Shown: positions 33,682 through 43,669 of the stretch, piece after piece
Layout of the letters: every line of letters begins with the position of its first letter
Numbering within the stretch: the stretch's first letter is position 1
Virus record (IMG/VR): IMGVR_UViG_3300024239_000015
Span: 1-64,000 of that record
DNA: 64,000 nucleotides
Direction: 5' to 3' (one strand)
Notes under the pieces: generated by a model
What the model saw: the letters and a program-made list of their open reading frames with translations, nothing else
Database searches by the model: none
What the model was told of the DNA's origin: nothing
Made by a program: the position numbers and the translations under genes

Positions 33682-34770
33682 TTAAACCACTACTATAGTG
33701 ATCTGTAAAAAAAGGTCATTCACAACAAAGGTATCAAGGGCTTCAGCTGTTAGTGTAAACTGATAGGTCCCCGTAGGGATGGCTCCATTCAAAGGAGGAG
33801 TGACCCCTAAGAAAGGCACCACTAACCGTCCGTACAGTACCGTCTGCACCACGGTAGTCTCTGGGGTAGTTGTAGACAACGCAGGAATGTTAGAGACATC
33901 CCCCACCCACGCGTATTCACCGGCTTCTTCGTTCAGTACCCACGCGCGGCTTCCTACGATAACCTCGTCCTCTAAGTACGACACGGTGAGAGTCGTGTGG
34001 TACTGGTCTTTTAGACTCACAATACGTTCTTTGGTTAACAAAGAAATCGTGACTGGTACGAACCAACCCAACGGGTCTTCACTACTAACGTAATAGGTAG
34101 AAGTAATGAAGTAAGGTAGAACACCCGAACGATCGCTGCGTGCACACATGGCGAGCTCACATTCTAAATTCGTGACTGCGACGTGTCCCCCTGCGAGTAT
34201 TCCAATTCCGTGTTCTAGCTCTGGTGGGTCTGTAGGCACAACACCCAGTGAAGGTTGGACCTCACTGCTGTAGTTGATTGGAATGGGGTACTCAAATCCC
34301 GGAAACGCAACCGTCCCTGTAGGCTCCACACCGTGATCCAAAACACGAATGTCTAGACCTGTACGGTAAGCTAAAGACTGCTCAGGCGTTAACGTCAGCT
34401 CCAGTGGATACGTCCCTTCGGTGTAACGCTGGTTATAAAACTCATTGAGCTCCAATACGGTGTCAAACCGACCATTGATGTAGTCTAGTATCCCTACCGT
34501 GTCTAAACGCGACAGTGCGTGACGTGGAATCTGGAGTACAGGAGTGTCTACACCCACACGAAAGAGTTCAGGGAATAAAAAACGATCATACGTGAATACT
34601 ACCACGTCTTCTCGTTTCCCTTGGATAAACCCAGCGATCACCGACGTGTTAGGCGTACCTTCTAAAACCTGAGGGATTCCAAAACGCAGTTGCTCTACAG
34701 CAAACTCTTTGCCGTTGGCTTGGTTGATCGCAGCAGTCACTAAACCCGCTGAGCTGGTTGATCGTTGCAT
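33682..34770 (-). CDS. Probable virion (tail fibre/baseplate-type) protein
   Basis: N-terminal INQANG..QLRFGIP..NTSV..FTYDR module recalled from phiKZ-like structural proteins; beta-rich C-terminus. Confidence 0.5.
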   Translation of the reverse strand: MQRSTSSAGLVTAAINQANGKEFAVEQLRFGIPQVLEGTPNTSVIAGFIQGKREDVVVFTYDRFLFPELFRVGVDTPVLQIPRHALSRLDTVGILDYINGRFDTVLELNEFYNQRYTEGTYPLELTLTPEQSLAYRTGLDIRVLDHGVEPTGTVAFPGFEYPIPINYSSEVQPSLGVVPTDPPELEHGIGILAGGHVAVTNLECELAMCARSDRSGVLPYFITSTYYVSSEDPLGWFVPVTISLLTKERIVSLKDQYHTTLTVSYLEDEVIVGSRAWVLNEEAGEYAWVGDVSNIPALSTTTPETTVVQTVLYGRLVVPFLGVTPPLNGAIPTGTYQFTLTAEALDTFVVNDLFLQITIVVV

Positions 34771-35348
34771 GTTCTACCCTCTGTCTGTTTTTTGTGTTCT
34801 AAATACGCGACATTAGCGTACGCTTTACAAAGTAGTTGTTCCAAGTACCCTTCGTGCTCACGGGGGGTGTTCTCCAAAAGTACACTGACGTAATACCGAT
34901 CGGTCGGTTTACCGTCAGGATGAGCTTGCATGTCGTACGCAGTCCCTCCAGCACTATACATTGGACTGATACATCCCAGTACGTGTTGGTCAATCAAAAA
35001 GAGACTCGTAGTCCCTTTGAACAGGTTTCGGATGGTGCCGATGTAGTACCGGTCCAGCGGTTGGTGGTTTACTTGTAGAAACCACTGAGAGAACTTATAC
35101 AGCACGCTGTGGATACGGGCGGTATCGTCTACGGTGAGTAACGCATACACCGTAGGTTTCTTGCCGTACAGGTATACAGAAGGATACCCTAAGAGTATCC
35201 CTAAACCAACTTGCGCAACCAACGTCTCACCGACAAAAACATCCACTACCGTCGTGTGGGTTGGGTCCTTCTTAGGAATAAAAACGTATTCGGGAGTGTT
35301 CATACTCTGTCCTTTTCTAACGGTCAGATCTCCTCTGACGCATAGCAT
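34740..35348 (-). CDS. Hypothetical protein (202 aa)
   Basis: Long ORF overlapping the downstream start; likely start MNTPEY. Confidence 0.6.
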   Translation of the reverse strand: MLCVRGDLTVRKGQSMNTPEYVFIPKKDPTHTTVVDVFVGETLVAQVGLGILLGYPSVYLYGKKPTVYALLTVDDTARIHSVLYKFSQWFLQVNHQPLDRYYIGTIRNLFKGTTSLFLIDQHVLGCISPMYSAGGTAYDMQAHPDGKPTDRYYVSVLLENTPREHEGYLEQLLCKAYANVAYLEHKKQTEGRTCNDQPAQRV

Positions 35349-35375
35349 TAATTCGGGTGCACGATCCTGTGTGTC

Positions 35376-37427
35376 GTGGGGTTATACGTTAATCTCATGT
35401 GGTTAATTTATATAAAAAGGAAGGGGTTCATTGTGCTTAGCTCCGTATTAAAACGTTTTGTCGGGTATGTCACTGTAGAAGAAATCGGAGATCAAATTCA
35501 CGTAGAGGGCCTCAACAACCAACGTCTTTCTCAGCTGATCTACAAAACGTGGAAGACCTCGAAAATTGAATCAGGGATCTTTCGCGAACACAACAAGTTT
35601 GGCTTTAAACTCCACAAGTTCTTTGCGGTAGAGCTTTTGTATATCGTAGAGAAACTCTTTCTCCAGTACAAAGGTACACAAGGCTTTGCTAAAACCCTCC
35701 TCAGTATCAAAGCGGGCTTATTGGAACACACGTGGCTTAAGAACACCCTCGTAGAACCAGAGTCTCCTTTATTAGACCGTAGTCAGTTTAAACTCCTGAA
35801 GAAGAAACCGTATCCGCATCAGGAAGCGTTCTTTAAAGAGTACGAGCGTAACGCACAGCAGTACGGTCTACGTGGTTATATGTTAGCCTCCCCACCGGGT
35901 TCTGGGAAAACCCTAATGTCCGCGTGGTTGTCGTATGGGTTAAAAACCGACCACACCATCGTCGTGTGTCCGAAGAACGCGTTAACTGATCCATGGGCGA
36001 GTACGTTGGATAAAGAGTTTGTGTCACCTCCCACGTATTGGACTTCTGCGGTAGGTACACCACCACCTCCTAACAAACGGTTTTATATCCTCCACTACGA
36101 GTACTTAGTCAAGTTCTTAGAGGAAGCAAAGTTCTTAAAAGGGAAAAGAGTCAACCTCGTCCTAGACGAGTGCCACAACTTTAATGACCCTGACTCTATC
36201 CGTACAGATGCCTTTGTGACGTTAGCAAAACTACTCAACCCAGTCTCTACGCTCTGGATGTCGGGAACGCCGATCAAAGCGTTAGGAAAAGAAGTCATTC
36301 CTTTCTTACGGACGATCGACCCACTCTTTACTCAAGAAACAGAGACTGCGTTTCGAACGATCTATGGTCTAGACTCTGCACGAGCTCTGGATATCTTAGC
36401 CAATCGTATCGGTAAGACCACCTACCGAATCGACAAAAGCCAGATCATCGAACGTGCTCCGATCGTTAAAGAGATTCGCGTAAAGATTCCCAAAGCAGAA
36501 CGGTACACCTTAGATGTGATTCGTGTAGCAATGACCGAGTATATCACAGAACGGTTAAAGTACTACCAGAAAGACTTTGACCACTACGTAAAACTCTTTG
36601 AGGAGTGTATCCGGTACCACAAAGACCGAATTGCGCTCAAGTCACAGTCTCAACAACACGAGTTCTCCAAGTACTTAACTTTACTGAGAATCATCCGTAA
36701 GAGTACCGACTACCGTCACTTAGGACCAGAGATCAAGTTTTGTAACCTTTACGAGAAACACGAATTGATTCCTTCTTTACCAGATGCCCTAGCGCGTCAG
36801 TTTAAGGAAGTGAAAAGTATCGTGAAGTACTTACCTTTGAAAGTACGTGGAGAGTGTTTAGGAAACCTCCTCAATCGTAAACGCGTGGAGTGCGCGATCG
36901 AGGTGATGGAAAATCTAGACTTAAAAGACTTAGTGGATTCGTCCATTAAGAAAACTTTACTCTTTACGTCCTACGTAGATGTTGTCAAAGCAACAGACAC
37001 ACGACTTAAAGGGTTAGGGTACAAACCTCTCACGGTCTTTGCAGAAACCAACAAAGACTTAGACGGTATCTTAGAACGTTACAAGAAAGGTAGTGAGAAC
37101 CCTCTGGTAGCGACCTTAGACAGTTTATCCACCGCAGTCCCTATCCTTGCTGCGAACACCGTTGTGTTTCTGAACTCCCCGTTTAGACCCCACGAACGAG
37201 AGCAAGCGATTGCTCGAGCGGATCGGATCGGACAAGACCAGCAGGTCTACGTGTTTGATGTGTTCTTAGATACTGGGAACGTCCCTAACATTTCTACTCG
37301 TTCTAAAGAGATCCTCGAGTGGGCACAAGGACAGATCGACCAGTTGATGGGGACCACAGGAACGGTCTCTACCGAAGACTACGGTTTAGACACTGGGGTG
37401 AGAATGCCAGTTAGTTTTTACTGGTAG
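35376..37427 (+). CDS. SNF2-like superfamily 2 helicase
   Basis: SPPGSGKT, VLDECH, MSGTP and QAIARADRIGQ motifs. Confidence 0.88.
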   Translation: MGLYVNLMWLIYIKRKGFIVLSSVLKRFVGYVTVEEIGDQIHVEGLNNQRLSQLIYKTWKTSKIESGIFREHNKFGFKLHKFFAVELLYIVEKLFLQYKGTQGFAKTLLSIKAGLLEHTWLKNTLVEPESPLLDRSQFKLLKKKPYPHQEAFFKEYERNAQQYGLRGYMLASPPGSGKTLMSAWLSYGLKTDHTIVVCPKNALTDPWASTLDKEFVSPPTYWTSAVGTPPPPNKRFYILHYEYLVKFLEEAKFLKGKRVNLVLDECHNFNDPDSIRTDAFVTLAKLLNPVSTLWMSGTPIKALGKEVIPFLRTIDPLFTQETETAFRTIYGLDSARALDILANRIGKTTYRIDKSQIIERAPIVKEIRVKIPKAERYTLDVIRVAMTEYITERLKYYQKDFDHYVKLFEECIRYHKDRIALKSQSQQHEFSKYLTLLRIIRKSTDYRHLGPEIKFCNLYEKHELIPSLPDALARQFKEVKSIVKYLPLKVRGECLGNLLNRKRVECAIEVMENLDLKDLVDSSIKKTLLFTSYVDVVKATDTRLKGLGYKPLTVFAETNKDLDGILERYKKGSENPLVATLDSLSTAVPILAANTVVFLNSPFRPHEREQAIARADRIGQDQQVYVFDVFLDTGNVPNISTRSKEILEWAQGQIDQLMGTTGTVSTEDYGLDTGVRMPVSFYW

Positions 37428-37600
37428 GGTAATGGTATGGTGCGATTACGTACGTTTCTCAAAAACGCCCGTGAATGGTTCCCGTCCTACTCGTAGTTTT
37501 ACTCCTTTTTAGCTACGTAGTCCCTCTGTTGCAGGATGGTGGTGAGGGCGTTGGTTGGTGGTTACCAAAGCCCACTGTACCTAAAGCGCACCGTTTAGCT

Positions 37601-37632
37601 GGTGGAGGGGGTTGAGGCCCCCTCCACTATGC
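37601..37632 (+). terminator. Hairpin followed by TATGC
   Basis: gtggaggggg..ccccctccac-tatgc. Confidence 0.55.
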
Positions 37633-37670
37633 TGCATTTTATGTAGACGTTCTAACAGGAGTGTAAGCCC

Positions 37671-38966
37671 ATGTCGGCTCAATTAAAAGAACTATTCGAT
37701 CGTGTATGCAGTCACTTGAAATACGATCGTCGGATGGCTGGGTCTTTACAGCACACCGTACAAGCGTTTAAAACAAAGAACGAAGATCACTTGATGTTTT
37801 TTGGGACAGGTCTTTTAGGCGTGTACCCAGTCAAGTTCACTGGGGAAGACCGAGACTGGTTGTTTGATGAAGTCTTTCGGATTGACGAGTACGCACTGCG
37901 ACAAGACTTATTGAAACTCAAAAGCCCTAAAGATCCCTCAGAGCCGTTGATTCCCGAAGAGTACAATGTTCTGTCTGATCCACTGAACCACTTGCTGCTG
38001 TATACCGTGTATCGGTTTAAAGACTCCGACTTAAGTCAAAGCGTCTCCTTACAAGCCCAGCAAGACTGTGTGCGTTTATTGCACTACAAGTTTAGCTCTT
38101 CGTTACTCTCAGAGTACTTCCACTACCCAGCTGACCCTGCGGTTGCTAAAGTCGCTTTTGAAAACTTTGACTCTGTAGTAGCGCGTTTACTGAAAGACCA
38201 TCCCACGGAACTTTCAGAAGAGTCGTTGAGTCAACGGTTTGACATCAAACGCTTAGGGACGTGGTCGGCGCTCTTTGACTCCAGAGCAGAGCACTTTGTC
38301 TCTCGTGAAGGTTTACACGTACAAACCTTACTGAAGTACGGACCAGACGAAGCGTGTTTGTATATGGTATCAGACATGCAGACACGGATACGCAACGTAA
38401 TCAAAGACTACACCAAAGTCTTCTACGACGTCCGTAGCTCCAATAGTCGTGTGGTCACGACAAGCTCTGTGATTGAGTCTTCAGAAGGGACGTTTATCCG
38501 TGACGTCTCACGTGTGTACCATGACTTGATGCGTTACTTACAACAGGTAGCATTAGAGCCAAAGAACTTTGTACGACAAGAGCTGATCGACGTGGTGGCA
38601 GTAGCAATTCCTTCTATAGACAAAAAAGTCTTTGAAGCAGCGCTTTACTACCTAAGTGAAAACCTCACGAATCCAAAGAAAGCGTACCTACAAGAACTCC
38701 TAACAGAAACCTTACTCTACACCATCGAGTTTATGGCTTCACGGAGAATCAAAACGTCCGACTTAGCGTTTTTGATTGAACGACTCAAAGCCATGTACAT
38801 GGGTTCACGTATCAACGACAAGAATGTCATGCACTTACGGAAGCTTGGGGATCGTTTAGTCCAAGACTTGAAACTCAGGAAGTCGACCGTCCCTACCGCC
38901 CCAGAGCGGAGTGGCGTGATGCTCTACATTGCACTCAGAGCCCTCACGAAACACTACTTTAAGTAA
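37671..38966 (+). CDS. Conserved virion head-associated protein (phiKZ gp32-like)
   Basis: 431 aa; NEDHLMFFGTGLLGV motif; AGGAG RBS; preceded by TATGTAG. Confidence 0.6.
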   Translation: MSAQLKELFDRVCSHLKYDRRMAGSLQHTVQAFKTKNEDHLMFFGTGLLGVYPVKFTGEDRDWLFDEVFRIDEYALRQDLLKLKSPKDPSEPLIPEEYNVLSDPLNHLLLYTVYRFKDSDLSQSVSLQAQQDCVRLLHYKFSSSLLSEYFHYPADPAVAKVAFENFDSVVARLLKDHPTELSEESLSQRFDIKRLGTWSALFDSRAEHFVSREGLHVQTLLKYGPDEACLYMVSDMQTRIRNVIKDYTKVFYDVRSSNSRVVTTSSVIESSEGTFIRDVSRVYHDLMRYLQQVALEPKNFVRQELIDVVAVAIPSIDKKVFEAALYYLSENLTNPKKAYLQELLTETLLYTIEFMASRRIKTSDLAFLIERLKAMYMGSRINDKNVMHLRKLGDRLVQDLKLRKSTVPTAPERSGVMLYIALRALTKHYFK

Positions 38967-38970
38967 ACCA

Positions 38971-39004
38971 GCATAGAGGGAGGCGCTTGCCTCCCTCTTT
39001 ATGC
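38971..39004. terminator. Convergent-junction hairpin flanked by GCATA/TATGC
   Basis: gcata-gagggaggc-gctt-gcctccctc-tttatgc. Confidence 0.65.
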
Positions 39005-39721
39005 GTCTTCGGTATCTAAGTCGAGCTGTAACTCATCGATGGCTTGTTCGTAGTTGTGTATCCATGGCGTAATCCCTGTACACACAAACCGACGTTTAAA
39101 GTCACACGGGAGTTCTCCTTTACGGTAGATCCCAGTAAAGAGGGCTTTGAAGAAAGAAACAGTAAACCCAGCTGGGTAGTCAAACACTAACTCAATTCCA
39201 CCGTAAGGTAAAGTTGTGCAGGTGTCTAAATCCAACTGGTGTTTCAGTAACGTCCCTCGATGTCCGCCTATGAAAGTTTTTGTACTGAACCAGTCGCTAA
39301 CACGCAACACCAGTGTGTCACCGTAAGCGTGTTCTTGTACGTGGACTCGCTCTGGTGTGACTAACCCCAGTAACTCGTCGGCTAATTTTAAACCCCCTAA
39401 CCAGATCTCTGGTGCGGGGTACACAAACCGATGAAAGAATCGCCCTACTGCAAGTACTCGTATTTCACGCCCCGACTCTTCTTTTGCTCGGTTAAAGAAG
39501 TACTCCACGTTCGCCTTGGTGTAGGAAGAAATGTCGTGAAACACTAGCCCCAGTAGACGCTGTACGCCAGCGTCTTCAATCCACACGTACGCTTGACAAT
39601 CACACAACCGAGTGTGATGTAAGTCAAACGTCCGTAACCAGATACACTCGGTCTCTGGGTCTCTTAAGGTAAAGGTCGGTTGCGTACTTAAAAGGTACGT
39701 CTCCAATGCTTTTTGTCCCAC
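38999..39721 (-). CDS. Hypothetical protein (240 aa)
   Basis: ORF directly downstream of terminase. Confidence 0.65.
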   Translation of the reverse strand: MGQKALETYLLSTQPTFTLRDPETECIWLRTFDLHHTRLCDCQAYVWIEDAGVQRLLGLVFHDISSYTKANVEYFFNRAKEESGREIRVLAVGRFFHRFVYPAPEIWLGGLKLADELLGLVTPERVHVQEHAYGDTLVLRVSDWFSTKTFIGGHRGTLLKHQLDLDTCTTLPYGGIELVFDYPAGFTVSFFKALFTGIYRKGELPCDFKRRFVCTGITPWIHNYEQAIDELQLDLDTEDA

Positions 39722-39737
39722 GTCCCAGTCCTCCCGT

Positions 39738-41906
39738 TTAGTGGACGTACACCCCTTGGTAATACCCAGGAGCGGTTGTGCGTTGGAAAGGATTCCGATA
39801 CAGCGAATCTTTCTGTTGACGTTCGCGATCTTTCAGCTCACGGTCTAACCCGGCCATGGTTTTCACCTCTCCTCCATTGGCGGTCAATTGCTGCCGCACT
39901 TGGTTCAAACGATGTGTTGTGAGGATTTTCTGGTGTGGGTCTTTAGCTTGTTTCAACGTCTCTGTGAGTGTATCGAATTCATCCTGCAAAGTTTCAATCA
40001 ACGCTTGACGTTTACGTTGTTCGTCTTCAAAACGCACGTCTTCGTCAAACACTTTTGACATCACTCTCCTAGGATCGATTCCGTACTGTTCTAAATTACG
40101 TCCAAACATCAGTAACCACTGGCCTAGTAACCACGCAACAACTAAGTCATCATGTCCGCCGAGTTGGTGGTCAATCCTTCCATTACGCATTTCCAGCTTA
40201 CGAATCTGACCCGAGAGTTTCCGGTCTTTGATTTGTGTGGCTGTACGTTTGGCTGCGGTTTTCAGTACACGACCATAGAGGATCTCACGGCTTGCGCCTG
40301 TGGTGATGAAACCAAACATCTTCCGGTGTTCGTTCACAAGCTCTGCGTTGGCGGGACGTTTCATAATCAAAGCAAACAGGTCTTTGTGGTTATCCCGGTC
40401 ATCCACGACTTTGTTAAAGATTCTCTGGAATGGGCACATCCCTGCACTCAGTAACTCGAGGATCGCTAAGTCGATAAACGTCTGAGCTGAACTCTTCCGC
40501 TCAGGGATAAACGTCACGGTGGGGTACTTCACCAGAATGTTTGCTACAAACGTCGCTGCTGGAATCAGGTTCGATTTGTTGATGGTCGCAGAGGCTACTG
40601 GAGCGCCTGTTTCTACGTCGACAAGCACCAGAGCACAGTCATCGTTTCCGATGGCGTCTGACGTATCAAGCCCCAAGATAAACCGACCTTCCTGCATCCT
40701 GCGTTGTTTCTCCGACTCAGGGATATACCACTTGAGTACAAAGCGAGTCCGTTCGTCGATGTCGTACCACTCTGGATCAACTTCTGATTTTAAGATCTTC
40801 TCGAGGATGGCTGTAGGCAGTGGGTTTGATAAACCACCGGTTGTCCATCTATTAAAGTAGTCACGATCTGCGTCCTCACCAGTAGAAGCCGTCTCGATGA
40901 TCTTCCCGTACAGCCATTCATCCGTGTATCCCAACTGACGGTGATTCCATACACCAAGGATCATCAGCTTCTTACCGCGTGACGTCCCTTCAATCACCTG
41001 CACTAATTCCGTACGGTCTTTTAAGTCTAATAAACGCTCTGTCCAGTCAGCAGAGTTGTTCATAAACTCGTACATGTACTTCCCTTCAGGTGTGTCGAGT
41101 TTCCCTGCGGTGGTTGTAAAGATAGCACCATTGGGGTAGCCGTGTAAACGCGCTTCGTCGCGCACGGCGTTCATCGCAGTCATCGCTGCAGGTAGTGTCT
41201 TGTGGATGTACTTCGTAAACGGACCCTCGTCTCCATGCAGGTAGCCTACTGACGCACCCCGTCCTGTTTTGTTGGCGTCGTCTTCAGAGTTCTGTCCTAC
41301 CGCAGTTAAGTACCGGTTCTTGTTCGTGTTGTACGTCAGCATCGTCTGGTTGTTGGCGTCATTCGGATCTTTCACCACCAACCACTCCGGTAAGTACGAG
41401 CGCATCTTCTGTAACCGGTTCACGTTCTCTACACGGATCGTGTTGTCTTTGGTGATCAGTAAGGATCTCGAGTTACGTAACCAGAATAAATACATCCCTT
41501 GGGACAAGCAGTCAGTAGAGACCGATTTACCCGTCTGACGAGGTTGCACTAAGAAATAGTCGATGTTGTTGAAGAACGTCCAGAATAAAGAAATGTTCGC
41601 ACGGTTCGCTTTAAACGGAATCGGGTCATCTGACGCGTTCGGTGGTATCCTTACGACTTCACGTAAGTAGTACCACGGGTTCCATCTGACCTCCATCTGG
41701 ATGTCAAGTTTGATCTCACGAGACAGGTGTTCAGAATAAACATTCACCCCAGACAGGTGAGGTTGGTGTAACGCTAAACAGAAGTCACTGTTTTTGACAC
41801 CCATCAGTACGAGTAAACGAGCGTACTCTAAAAAGCTTTTGTTATTCGTTTTATAGTCGCGAATAGCGGTTGGGTATTTGTCCCAATCTTCGGCATAAAG
41901 TATCAT
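39738..41906 (-). CDS. terL: Terminase large subunit
   Basis: Walker A PRQTGKS, Walker B LHGDEG, TTTAG coupling motif, nuclease LGLDTSD..GNDD and HDDLVVA. Confidence 0.93.
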   Translation of the reverse strand: MILYAEDWDKYPTAIRDYKTNNKSFLEYARLLVLMGVKNSDFCLALHQPHLSGVNVYSEHLSREIKLDIQMEVRWNPWYYLREVVRIPPNASDDPIPFKANRANISLFWTFFNNIDYFLVQPRQTGKSVSTDCLSQGMYLFWLRNSRSLLITKDNTIRVENVNRLQKMRSYLPEWLVVKDPNDANNQTMLTYNTNKNRYLTAVGQNSEDDANKTGRGASVGYLHGDEGPFTKYIHKTLPAAMTAMNAVRDEARLHGYPNGAIFTTTAGKLDTPEGKYMYEFMNNSADWTERLLDLKDRTELVQVIEGTSRGKKLMILGVWNHRQLGYTDEWLYGKIIETASTGEDADRDYFNRWTTGGLSNPLPTAILEKILKSEVDPEWYDIDERTRFVLKWYIPESEKQRRMQEGRFILGLDTSDAIGNDDCALVLVDVETGAPVASATINKSNLIPAATFVANILVKYPTVTFIPERKSSAQTFIDLAILELLSAGMCPFQRIFNKVVDDRDNHKDLFALIMKRPANAELVNEHRKMFGFITTGASREILYGRVLKTAAKRTATQIKDRKLSGQIRKLEMRNGRIDHQLGGHDDLVVAWLLGQWLLMFGRNLEQYGIDPRRVMSKVFDEDVRFEDEQRKRQALIETLQDEFDTLTETLKQAKDPHQKILTTHRLNQVRQQLTANGGEVKTMAGLDRELKDRERQQKDSLYRNPFQRTTAPGYYQGVYVH

Positions 41907-41994
41907 AAATCCATCCTACACACTTTCATGAAAAGAAAGTGAGTTGCTGTATAACGGTCATAAGGATGAGGGCGCAACCCCTCATCCTTACTCC

Positions 41995-43638
41995 TTAGTT
42001 TACATGCACGATGACAAACGGACTGGCAGCAAGCTGCAGTACCGTCGTACCAATCCGACGTTCGAAGTGGACCACGGCTGCAGCGCCCACGACTCCAGGA
42101 GACGTGATCTGCAAGTCTTGGTTCCACTGGTCGATCGGGAACGTGTACTGTAAACCATCCAAGGTCAACACGAAGTGAGTCGGCGCTGGTGGACGGTTTG
42201 GTTCGTTGAACGGGTCTCTGAGTGGAATCGTTGGGTAGTACACTTTCTCTAACCACTCTGCAAGTGTGCCAGAACCAGTCGCTTCCAAACGAACCGTAGA
42301 GTCACCAATCGCAATGCGTGTGACACGTGCGGATAAGCCTCCACCGTATTGTGGATCTTGTCCTTCCATATACCGGATGTACCACGGAGTACGGTCTTGG
42401 ATGCCGTCTCCCACTAACGTAATCCGTACGTTTTGTACGTGATAGAAGTCTGTGTAGTCCCCTGGGATATCCGCGAGGTTTAACACGTACGTCACGGATT
42501 GTTCTACGCCATACGTCAGTGGTTGGAAGGCTGCTGAGCCTACCGCTAACTGCACGTGCGGTGTTACGTATTGATACGCTGTCCGCTCTAAGTTGTAGAG
42601 GTACCAGTCTAAACGCCAGCCTGTCAACGCACCTGTCCAGTACGGCACCACAAACAGTTTCGTGTTGTACGCACCTTGCACCGGTAAGACTTCGACTTCA
42701 TACGCTACCGCGATCTTATTCAGATTCGGACCCGTCGCTAATGAAGACGTTTCGTCAGAACCTAAGGTGTACTGAAGCACCAAGTCTTGACGTTGTCCTG
42801 CGTTGGTCCCTACGTACTCGTTCATGCCGATCAGTTCCATCCGCCCAGAGTCTAACGCCACCCGTACGGGGTTGCCTACACTGTACGTGACGATCCCCAT
42901 CAGTGGAACAGAGCTCAAAGGGACGTTCACTGGAATCTGCAACAGCTTATCGTCCGATAACGACAAGTACGGAGACTCTAACGCAATACCGGTAACGTAT
43001 CGCTCTGGGGTGTCTGCTGCTTTAACAAATGCAGAGTCTTCTACACGTAAACGACACAGACTGAGTACGACTCCTGCATCGTCGTAGACGACTGCAGTGA
43101 CGATCTCACCGGTAGGTAACGGCATGGTACTCCATCCATTTGCGGGGACTTTCACAGAGACATTATTCGCATCGGGTAATACCGCAGTAACCAGAGGAAT
43201 CAAGTCTCCTGTAGGAACCCCACTGGAGTTGTACATAATGGAGATTACTTCACCGTCATTGCTGATGTCGTACCCTTTAAAGACACGAATCGACGACGCA
43301 CTGGACGTTGCGTACACTTTCAGCTGGGAGTCAAACGACATCCGGTACGGCTGGCGTAACGTATCGATAAAGATCCGATAGCTTTGTTGGGTAAAGTCAT
43401 CCGACACGCCCAGTAAAAGGTTTTCTGTGGTAATGCCAGTTTCTTGAGGTTTCGTCCAAGGGACTGATTGGTAGATCAGGTCGACGACACCACTGACTCG
43501 CTCAAACCCTACGTCGTAGTCAATGATCAAGTCATTGACGTTTGGAACGAACCGTCCCGTGCCTGTAGGGCCTGTGTACAGCTGTGGTTTCAACCAGACG
43601 TTAAATCGATCGTCTTGGGGTAATATAGGTTGTGCCAT
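41995..43638 (-). CDS. Virion structural protein (phiKZ gp26-like, baseplate region)
   Basis: 547-aa beta-rich ORF; terminase-gp26-gp27-gp28/sheath-tube synteny. Confidence 0.65.
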   Translation of the reverse strand: MAQPILPQDDRFNVWLKPQLYTGPTGTGRFVPNVNDLIIDYDVGFERVSGVVDLIYQSVPWTKPQETGITTENLLLGVSDDFTQQSYRIFIDTLRQPYRMSFDSQLKVYATSSASSIRVFKGYDISNDGEVISIMYNSSGVPTGDLIPLVTAVLPDANNVSVKVPANGWSTMPLPTGEIVTAVVYDDAGVVLSLCRLRVEDSAFVKAADTPERYVTGIALESPYLSLSDDKLLQIPVNVPLSSVPLMGIVTYSVGNPVRVALDSGRMELIGMNEYVGTNAGQRQDLVLQYTLGSDETSSLATGPNLNKIAVAYEVEVLPVQGAYNTKLFVVPYWTGALTGWRLDWYLYNLERTAYQYVTPHVQLAVGSAAFQPLTYGVEQSVTYVLNLADIPGDYTDFYHVQNVRITLVGDGIQDRTPWYIRYMEGQDPQYGGGLSARVTRIAIGDSTVRLEATGSGTLAEWLEKVYYPTIPLRDPFNEPNRPPAPTHFVLTLDGLQYTFPIDQWNQDLQITSPGVVGAAAVVHFERRIGTTVLQLAASPFVIVHVN

Positions 43639-43669
43639 CAGGCGACTCCTTTTAAAACGTGTGTCGTGA

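Noticed and set aside
39738-41906. Intein or intron in the terminase, SNF2 helicase or DNA polymerase
   Set aside because: Catalytic motifs are contiguous, and no HN-C/S/T junction or group I core was seen.
41903-42256. 117-aa ORF bridging the gp26-like gene and terminase
   Set aside because: Mostly overlaps the gp26-like CDS in another frame and has low-quality composition; likely spurious.
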